Origin: Asterias rubens
Lineage: Eukaryota
Assembly: GCF_902459465.1 (NCBI RefSeq)
Contig: NC_047062.1
Location: 7,254,001-7,318,000 of the forward strand
Direction of reading: 5' to 3'
DNA: 64,000 bases
The position numbers and the translations under genes were made by a program. This document shows, piece by piece, positions 12,498 through 21,546 of this stretch. The notes under the pieces are model-generated. The model was not told where the DNA came from. It made no database searches and worked only from the letters and a program-made list of their open reading frames with translations. Within the stretch, counting starts at the first letter, position 1, and every line of letters starts with the position of its first letter.

Positions 12498-13317
12498 GGT
12501 CGTTTCTGGCAGTGGATTTCCTCTCCAGAGAAATCAACAAGAAATCACAACCGTAATCCCATGGCATACGGTGATACCAGGAAGAGAAAGACCGGTCCAC
12601 ATGGACTTGCACTGGGAGTGTTTACTAAAAGCAGTTGGGTTCTACTACATGTGCATAACACACCATAGACATACTGTTGCATGCAGACCTATATCATCAA
12701 ACCATGGAGCAACTAGTGCATGCCTGGTACATTGTACTCATGTGCTGGAGTTGAAGAGGCAGACAATAAATCAATTGACAAGTGGGAACAAAGGCCAACA
12801 AGTTATGAATTATGCATGAGTCTGGTTTCTGGCTTTAATTCCATGCCTCACTAAATAAGTAGATGGAACCATGGAGGATGGTTACACAAGGTCTCAAATG
12901 CAAAAAATAGTTAATGGCCTGACAGCCTTCCTAAGAGGTGTCAAAGTGTGCAATCCTAAGCAGAAATCTGGCACCATGCCATCCCGGAAGATCTAACACT
13001 GCAACTTTTCAAAGCCAGGCGGGTAGCCTTGTTTCCAAGATGTTACAATCCATGATTATTTCACAAGCACTTTTGCACTTTAAAAAGTATTCCAACACTA
13101 GAGGGAGCAATTTACACGATGTAAGCGTAACCGTACCACAGTGTTACGTAACGTGGATGTCAACAAGAATCGAGTAGAAGTCTATTGGGAGTCAATAGTG
13201 AATCAATATCCATTAGAGATACTACAACTAAATTCAAGTCCGAATGAGTTGATTTATATTACAGAAGCTAGGTTCGCATTGAGGACAGACTTGTACATTT
13301 TTTCTTGTGGGGAGGAA

Positions 13318-13361
13318 AAACAAACAAACAAACAAACAACCAAACAAACAAACAAACAAAC
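13318..13361. repeat. (AAAC)n microsatellite
   Basis: aaacaaacaaacaaacaaacaaccaaacaaacaaacaaacaaac. Confidence 0.85.
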
Positions 13362-15266
13362 GTATTGGAGCCAAGACTACTAGGAGAGAAAACAACTGTG
13401 TCAAGACAGCTGAACGAGGTCAATATTGCCCGATGTGATTGGGAGAATGACTGATAAACGAACACATTCTCATCAGGATCAATTCAATTGATTTCAACTC
13501 ACAGGCAACACCCTGGAAATGTTTGCAAAAGACTTCAAGTTAATAGCATCATGGTAAACTACCCGATTATGTTAATGCTGTAATAATAAATATTTGTTTA
13601 TTTTGTCAGGAAGAAAGGGGAAAAAAACCTGAATGTATGATCATAGTAAAGAGTTAAGCAAAAAGTAAACGTAAAAGTGTTAATAATCCACACCTTGTAA
13701 AAGATTAGGTTCAGGATTTTAATGATTAACTTTATGCCAAAGCAACAGCTGTACATGACATAAGAGAGAAGAAATGAACCCTCCCACATTAGATACTTAT
13801 GCCATGGTTATGCTTGATTGTCTAGTGGTCCACAGATGCAAGGATCATGGGTTTAAACATCGTCCAAGCATTTCTACCTCAATGGTCCAAGTAGCATGCA
13901 TACATTTTCTTCAAAATATGAGAAACCACTGAGGGATAGTGTGTTAAATAATAATAATAATCGTTAACAAAACAACACAAATAATAATACTGTTCATGTC
14001 TGTCTGGAAAAAAAAAACCCATGAGTGATAGTTTGTGTGACTGAATAACTTCCTTCATAGTTAAAGTGATTACAAATGAAGATACAGTAAGATTTAGTCT
14101 ACATTACACGTATTTGTCTGTAAAAAAAAATACAAGTTAGTTTCATCATGGTTTCATGTTCTTAGTGGTACTGACTGCTGAAGCAGTCAATGCAACACTG
14201 AAAATAACCAGACTGTTGAAAGTAAACAGGATTTAAGGGGTTTGAGGAAGGATCATTAATGATATGATCAGACTCGTAATAGAAGATCCTAACAAGCGGA
14301 CACATTCTTGGATCCTTGCCGCACCCAATAGCCCCACCATGTAACAAAGCAAGCCTTTTAAAAGACTATAATTTACATTGGGAAGCAAGCCTTGTAAGGT
14401 TGTTTTCCGGGTAGAAGAAGTTACCAGATAAAGTCACAAACCACAGGAGCTGCCCTTCAGTGGGCGGGTCATTCAGATGCAAACTCCAAATCTCAACTCA
14501 TTCTTGTAAGTCCTTTTGTTAATCCTCAACCATGCATAGTGTCATCAGGTAAACAGAGTTTAGAAAGAAGCTTTTTACAACAAACTGATTTATCTTGGTG
14601 TCCTTGGTGCTTTTGGGTTTGGAGCTACTCTCATTGTAAAACTGATTAAAAGAATGAAGACTTTCCAGAGGGATCAAGATGGGAATGTGTGTCATGCATT
14701 AATGATTTCAAGAAAAGTTCATTCAGGGGCATCGGACAGTCCAGTTCATACAAGTTTGAAAGCTTGATTCAAATAAATGACAGTATCACATAGTGCAGGG
14801 AAAGTATCAGTCCAAATGTTCTGGTGTAAATTAAGACCTTCTCACAGTAAAGAGCCAATTTCCAGGAAATAATTCCCCAGGAAAAAAAACGCAGGAAATA
14901 AATCGCCAGGAAATTACTAGGGAAATTTGATCCCCACCATAACACTTGCTGCAATTTTCTTGTGTAAAACAAGGACTTTAAATGGTAACCCCTGGGTTAT
15001 GTCCATTAACCCTACACCCAAGCAGAGTCAGCTATTTCCAATGAAAAGGCTGAATCCCAGGAGATTGCCGGGGTTGGTAATTTACGTGTAGAAAGGTCAA
15101 CCATTTAATTTCTTGGGAAGTTTATCTTGTGTGAAAGGGGCATATAAACCTTCATGTTATGTATAGCTTGTTCATTTGTGCAGGTGCTGTGTATCAATCA
15201 CTGCAAAACAATTTCAGAAAATAACAGCTTTAACTTTATGCAGAATTTATTCATAATATTTGTTAA

Positions 15267-15624
15267 AGACAGTGGACACTATTGGTAATTGTCAAAGACT
15301 AGTCTTCAAAGTTGGTGTATCTCAACATATGCATAAAATAAAAAACCTGTGAAAATTTGAGCTCAATCGGTCGTCGAGTTTGCAAGATAATAATGAAAGG
15401 AAAAATATCCTTGTCACACGAAGTTTTGTGTTTTCTGATGCTTGATTTCGAGACCTCAAATTCTAAACTCGTGAAAAATTAGTTCTTTCTCGAAAACTAT
15501 GCCACTTCAGAGGGAGCTGTTTCTCACAATGTTTTATACTATAAACCTCTCCCCATTACTCGTAACGAAGTAAGGTTTTATGATGATAATTATTTTGAGT
15601 AATTACCAATAGTGTCCACTGCCT
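15267..15624. mobile_element. MITE family A (TTAA-flanked, Kolobok-like), full copy
   Basis: TTAA|AGACAGTGGACACTATTGGTAATT ... AATTACCAATAGTGTCCACTGCCT|TTAA; high similarity to at least 7 other copies in the window. Confidence 0.85.
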
Positions 15625-16154
15625 TTAAAGTTTTACATTCAGGCAGTTCATTCTTTGCAGTTCCTACACCTGAGGTAGAAATACAATGCACATAATGCAG
15701 TGAAGTATTTACTTGATGTTTTTTACTAGTTACAATGATGAGTTAGTAGTGAACAGCACGGCAGAAACATCACACCCAATAAATGCATACCAAAAGAACT
15801 CATGCTTTCATTATCAACGTCGTGTTCCACAAGTATGTCTTAGGTAGCAATGGTAGGAGGAATAAAGAAAACAACATAAATTCACACAAAATATCAACCA
15901 TAATTTGTTTTTAAGAATGTTTTAAACTTTCATAATGAGGATAGGCTAGTTTACATGAAGCTACAAAAAACTACTCATGCATTTTAAAGTTGCAGCATGT
16001 AAAGTGGTTTTTATGTGCACACAATATACCACGCGTCAAGCTCTACCACTTTGTTTTGTCACTCATAATTATAAATGGCAGAGAAAATATTGCTGGTCCA
16101 TAAGCACAAATTGAAACTTTTAAGATAGTTTACCAAGAATAGGACCTGGGCTAT

Positions 16155-16320
16155 TGTGACCGAGCAGTCTGCACTAGTGCACCGGACAAACGTTCTGATG
16201 GCTAAGTCATCAGTGTGTGGGTTCAAATCCTGTTCATGACACTTTTGTCCTTGATCAAGACAGTTTACTGTCTTATCACACACACAGGTAAATGGGTATA
16301 GCATGTGAGGGTAGGACATG
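16155..16320 (+). mobile_element. tRNA-derived SINE fragment
   Basis: GGGTTCAAATCC B-box followed by ATGACACTTTTGTCCTTGATCAAGACA, and GGTAAATGGGTA. Confidence 0.5.
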
Positions 16321-16635
16321 GGGGTGCATTTTCCCAGATGCAACCAACTGTTTCATCTGGCCATTGGTTTATCCCTGGACAATGACGGAAACAGTTATTG
16401 TTTACAACCCCCCAAAATGCACCTACATGTATGTGTCTTGTAGTTGATTTTGCTTGATTTAGGCTGCATATTCCCGAGAAAGCTGAGATGGTTTTAAAGC
16501 ATAGAGCTAGGATGGTTTAAGGAATGAAAAAAAAGTCTCAGTAAATAGGGTAACATGTTTATGTGCCACAAATGTAAAAACGTTTAGACACCAGCAATAT
16601 ATAACTATCCATTATTATAATGAATAGGGTAGATG

Positions 16636-16674
16636 GCCTTAGCTTTCGATCCAATCCGGACCTTCTTCAGAGGC
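16636..16674 (-). ncRNA. Minimal type I hammerhead ribozyme (PLE-type)
   Basis: Minus strand reads GCCU CUGAAGA A GGUCC GGAUU GGAUC GAAA GC UA AGGC: stem I GCCU/AGGC, CUGANGA core, stem II GGUCC/GGAUC, GAAA, palindromic AGCU in place of stem III, and a UH (UA) cleavage site. Confidence 0.85.
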
Positions 16675-17187
16675 ATAAGACAAGTACAAACAAATACATA
16701 TCCATTTATAGAAAAAGAGAGGGGGAAAGGGATTAAGGAAAGGATCCAGAAAGAAGCGGGAAAATAACAGCCAATCAAAGTTCCTATTTCAGAAACAATA
16801 TTGGGGGCTATGAACCAATAGGAGTGAAGTGGCGAGGACAAAGGATGTTTAGAATGAAAGGAAGGGTTACTGGACCATAAAAGTGGTAAATGTATTGTTC
16901 GACAACAATGGAGGGAGACATGAAAGGGTAGGATTAGAGAGCAAGTTGCATCATGATGCAACTAACAATGGTCAATTAATAAGAATAGCAAGATCAAAGG
17001 TATGATGATTTTAAAAATAGGTATGAGGGACCTGTGGAAAAAAAAGGGGGGGGGGTTACTTACATCAGATAGTTACAGTGATGAATTTATAAAAACAACT
17101 TTAAACTAGGTTAATTTATACTTTATGTACAGAGTATATACAACATATGAGTTCTTAGGCAGAAGTGAAGTGGAGGGTAATGAGAAG

Positions 17188-17706
17188 TTATTTAACACCA
17201 GTGTTTATGTTAAGTCCAAAGGGTTTTACTGTCTTGAGTTGGTGAATCCAGTGTGATTCTCTATTCTTGCGGTGTGTGTCATCACCATTGCAAGCTTCAA
17301 TCACCAGAAGTTCAACATCAATGACACTATGATTGGGGCTGTTGAAGTGGATAGAGACTGGGTACGGTTTCTTAGTCTTTATGGAAGAGACATGATTCGC
17401 AAAGCGAAGACTAAGTTTGGTCTTAGTCTCTCCCACATATTGTAGCCCACATCTCTTACATGATATGACATAGACTACATTAGACGTGCTGCATTCAGAG
17501 TCGGTCTTGATGTTGTATGAAGAGCCAGTGGTATGACTCTTCACCTTAAGTGAGGGCTTAATGTGCAGACACGTTTTGCATTTGGAACGGGTACATTTGT
17601 GACAGCCCAGTATATCTGTCGGGGGTTGTGTTTGGACTGTACCTGGGGGAAGTTTGGCCCTGACTAGTATGTCACCAAGGTTCTTAGGGCGGCGGAATGC
17701 AACCAT
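17188..17706 (-). CDS. PLE GIY-YIG endonuclease domain (C-terminal part of the PLE ORF)
   Basis: VAFRRPKNL linker, Cys pairs (CHKC...CKTC), VVYVISCKRCGLQYVGET, LRFANH, RESHWI, FGLN. The frame stays open upstream to the direct-repeat junction; the RT domain is absent. Confidence 0.9.
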   Translation of the reverse strand: MVAFRRPKNLGDILVRAKLPPGTVQTQPPTDILGCHKCTRSKCKTCLHIKPSLKVKSHTTGSSYNIKTDSECSTSNVVYVISCKRCGLQYVGETKTKLSLRFANHVSSIKTKKPYPVSIHFNSPNHSVIDVELLVIEACNGDDTHRKNRESHWIHQLKTVKPFGLNINTGVK

Positions 17707-18302
17707 GGGAACCTCAGTGATTGCTGAGTGTAACCTAACTATCCATTATTATAAATATTATTAGAGGCAGTGAACTATCCAGAAACTTTAACATTATAAT
17801 ATATTATACTTTTTTAACACAAAGACAGCCAGAGTCATATTAAATCATGTGATTAATTTATCAGCAAATTTGAGAGAAACTATCTTCAAGCGATGTATTT
17901 TGCCAGACAATTTGAAAGTTCAAACTGATTGATAAATGAACTGAATTCTTGGCTGGCGCTCATCCACGGTCTTGAATATTGGCAAAGGTCTTGATGCTCT
18001 TCCTGCAAGGTGTTTTCGAGACAAAATAAACCAGCCAAATGATTTCCTATATCCGCCTTCTTAACATCTCACAATGCATCTTGGAAATAATCAACAAGTA
18101 TCGTTGATGCAGATTTGGCCATGTTTGACACAGTCTGCTGCACTGTACAGGTTCTGGTTGACTGTTTAAAGGAAAAGTGAAGCTACGGTACTAGACAACC
18201 TTCAGAGCAATCCTCTATAAGTTCATTGCAAAGCTCTTAGAAAAATTTAAAAGCTGTGGAGAAAATGTTCTTTAACCTTGCATTTGGTTGTTGAGCCACT
18301 TG

Positions 18303-18627
18303 GAGCAAGTTTGAGTGGGCACATTGAGTCAACCCGTGGTTGACTGCTGACCAGCAATGTACATATACTTGCACACCAAGGCACTCACTCGATCAACTCA
18401 TTTGGAAGTCTAGTCAACCTTCCGCATTTTAATTATAGCATCACTGGTTCCCATCTGCGCTTTACACATGTTGGAATGAAACATGCTGTTGGGACCACTG
18501 AAGAAACCATGGGCTCGAGGCTGGTTCCAAATGGTTGACCACAGTAGTCAACCAATGGTTGACCAGCTTGGGTTCGAGTGCAAATGGTCCACCTTTGGTT
18601 AACCATTGTGCCCACTCAAACTTGCTC
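18303..18627. mobile_element. MITE with 21-bp perfect TIR and 3-bp (TTG) flanking duplication
   Basis: GAGCAAGTTTGAGTGGGCACA (18303-18323) / TGTGCCCACTCAAACTTGCTC (18607-18627); TTG at 18300-18302 and 18628-18630. Confidence 0.75.
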
Positions 18628-18859
18628 TTGGCTGAGTATAAGAAAGAACGCTTGCAGAGCATAAAGCGCAACAACCCAAGTTCTCAGTAAATGCGGCAGT
18701 TATTGAAAACTATTCAATAAAACAAACAATAAAATGATCGGACCAAAGAGATCTCTTTCCTCTTGCATTACAGTACCGGGAACAATCAAGATTAAAAACA
18801 ATTTGTCGTAATCAGGAGTATTCCAAGAGCGATCATCCATATGCTATAAGTATATGGGG

Positions 18860-18930
18860 TAATAATGTGAAGCGCTTTGGGACGCCCTCCGGGTGTGAAA
18901 AGCGCTATATAAAAACGGGTTATTCTAATA
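18860..18930 (+). mobile_element. L2/CR1-type SINE/LINE 3' tail fragment
   Basis: TGTGAAGCGCTTTGGG...AAAGCGCTATATAAAAACGGGTTATT followed by ATT repeats. Confidence 0.45.
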
Positions 18931-19598
18931 ATTATTATTAAACGGGAGTTCAACACAAGAGAGTTAGATTCTTTAAACAGCGCAGTTAAGTGATTGTCAG
19001 CAAATTACACAGTTGGGACCAATTTGACTAATTTTACCACTTAACTATGCAGTTGTACACGCATTCTCTGTCAGTTTGGAATACCCACAAACAACTTCTT
19101 GTTTACAAAAACATTTATGTACATATAAGTGACTGAAAATATGTTGATTAACAGTGGTAGTCATAAAACAAGGTAGAATCATTTTTGATTCTTGACTGCA
19201 TTAAACAACAAATATTTGAACCAAGGGGTTAGTTTAAAGGTGTTGAGGATGTATGATGGTACTACAATAAAAGAAAGAAATCCAAGCCCAATGCTTAAGT
19301 CAGAGACGTTGTGGTCTGTTGTCCGTAAAACACAATAATGGACTTGGACTGATCATGATTCTCAAAGCTATGTATTAAGAGTTGCGGCATGGCGGCAGGG
19401 CTCAAAATTAACATTGAACCACAGGCCCTAAGCTAGTGATTCAAGCGAAGGACAGTAAATTCACAAATATCAAGCCCGGTGGTTTTGTGTTTTTCAATTA
19501 AATAACAGTACGCTAAGGTATCTTTTTTTAATAGATGTTAGGGTACCTTATTGTGGAATATCTTTGTGAAAACATTTTTGACGTCAAATCTGATTCAA

Positions 19599-19966
19599 AG
19601 CCATTGGACACTTTCGGTAAACAGTATTGTCCAAAGGCCCACACTTTGTGTATCACAACTGATATAAAAAATAACAAACCTGTGAAAATTTAGGCTCAAT
19701 CGGTCATCGGAGCCAGGAGAAAATAACGGGGAAAACCCACCCTTGTTTCCGCACGTTTCGCGGAAACAAGTGTTTGAAATAAAAATCCGTAATTCTCGAC
19801 AACGAGAATTGATAATTGTTTTAATGTTTTCTCGAAAAGTAAAGCATTTCATGGAATAATATTTCAAGAGAAGTCTTTCCCCATTACCTTCTGTAAAACC
19901 TGTAAGTTATTTGTAAATCTGTGAACTTTTTTTTTTTTTTTTTTGTGCCGAAAGTGTATAATGGCT
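19599..19966. mobile_element. MITE family A-related subfamily (TTAA-type ends)
   Basis: AGCCATTGGACACTTTCGG ... CCGAAAGTGTATAATGGCT|TTAA; shares AAATAACAAACCTGTGAAAATTT..GCTCAATCGGTCATCG with family A. Confidence 0.75.
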
Positions 19967-20559
19967 TTAATGTCTTTCAATTCCGTCGAGTATCGAAGGA
20001 TAGTGAATGTCTTTTCTTAGTGCTTGTTCAACTCATTTTGATTCTGGTCTTGTAAAATAAATAACATGTATGGTCCGGGACAAATCTTGAGCTATATTTC
20101 CCCTCCCCCCACAAAAAAAAATTCCATTCATGAGAGGGACCAGTTTTCTTCAGTCCAGTGGTTGCTGGATGCCCATTTTCTGTCCACTTGCAGCACAATC
20201 CCAAGGGCAGCCCAAGGGCAGCCTAGTCTAGCACCCTGTGTGTACCACAGACATAAAGAACCTATAGACGGACAGTAGGGAGCGCCCAACTGTAATTTTG
20301 TACTTTCTCAGACCATGGGCGGAAGTTAAGGCGCGACCCGCTGCTTTTAGTACACGTTTTGGTATAACCTTGAGGCAGTGCCCGCAACGTCTTAATTATA
20401 TTTTATAAAGTTGTATGAGATGATGACCCGATGCGGGATTGTAGCCTTAATATGTAAGACAACACTTCATAAATAATCCATATGACTGTTTGCAAATGTT
20501 GTGATTGAGGTTGAACTGTTAAAATGTCATGTTTACAATTTTTTTCCGGGAAATCCAGT

Positions 20560-20745
20560 CTAAACACGCTTTGAAACGCAAGTTCATACTATGGCCCTCC
20601 GTATTGCGTACGCTCGCGTCTAATGCACACCAAACAATCGCGTATCAGTTGCACCTTTGTCTATGCGGTACGCGTCATCAGCGCCCGGCGCAAAACACGC
20701 ACCGACGCGCCTTTTGGTCGGAAAGTGTGTCACAAACATATTTTT
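20560..20745. promoter_or_regulatory. CpG-dense segment, candidate promoter/enhancer
   Basis: About 20 CpGs in under 200 bp against a CpG-poor AT-rich background; no TIR seen. Confidence 0.3.
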
Positions 20746-21357
20746 TAAATAAAATTCTTCTAATTTCATCGTTTTGGAGAAAGTTCAGAAAGAGGAGGAG
20801 AAACAGCAAACAACTAACGGCAGAAAAGGTATCTAGCTAATGATCTTACATTGTTTCTTAGACTTTGGTGATTTGTTTATCCATAAAAACACACATTTTC
20901 TGTCGTCATCTCTTCACTCGCCCATTGCTTTACACAAGTTTTCGCTTGCGTTTTCACAGATTTTGCCCATGGTTTGGGTATAGTCGGGTGCTGTTCAAAT
21001 TACACTATCCAGACGTTGATTTCCATAGGTGCTGTCCGTCTATAGGTTCTTTATGTCTGTGGTGTGTACACATGAATTTTTGGGTACCAAACATGGCTTC
21101 TTTACGCAAGTTGTTGTACTTGATACAGCTTAACCAGATTATGCTACCATTTTAATATTTGAAATGTAAACATTGAAATTGTAACAAAAATGGGGATTGA
21201 CTTCAAGAACCACGAGCACTTTCCGTCAAATCTTCAGCCGACATCACCAAGGTCCAATAGGGAAAAAGAGTACAAATTTCTCACTACACACAAACAAACT
21301 GCTGGCCACCAATAAGCCTCCTTTTGACCTCAGCGAGGGGGCTATTTACGCCTGTGA

Positions 21358-21519
21358 CATAGACTTTATCGCAAATACTTGGTGTGCGCGCTTTAGGCGT
21401 GGAATGGGGTGCTAGCTGGTCTGACTAGTGATAAACTTTTATTGCTAGCTAGACCAGCATGCAGCTCATTCAACAATTAGTTCAAATGCAATGGGTATTT
21501 GCGTATTCAAGGGGTCTAT
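21358..21519. mobile_element. MITE family E copy (ATAGAC...GTCTAT ends)
   Basis: CATAGACTTTATCGCAAATAC ... GTATTTGCG...GGTCTAT; homologous to 22920-23067 and 23980-24115. Confidence 0.65.
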
Positions 21520-21546
21520 TAAAGAAAATACACTTTAGGATCATAC

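Larger units (their letters stand above)
16621..17735 (-). mobile_element. 5'-truncated Penelope-like retroelement (PLE)
   Basis: GIY-YIG ORF, 3' hammerhead motif, and an exact 19-bp direct repeat TAACTATCCATTATTATAA at 16602-16620 and 17736-17754. Confidence 0.9.

Noticed and set aside
14161-14760. GC-richer, codon-like stretch with a faint VRQGS..CPL motif suggesting a decayed LINE RT
   Set aside because: All frames I translated have multiple stops and no convincing RT motif series; cannot be supported without a translated search.
21482-21546. C-terminal end of ORF 21482..21763 as the true stop of a small TM protein
   Set aside because: A strong donor GGAG|gtatga precedes it and the tail runs into a MITE E copy; more likely intron read-through. 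The ORF's first 13 codons are also intronic.
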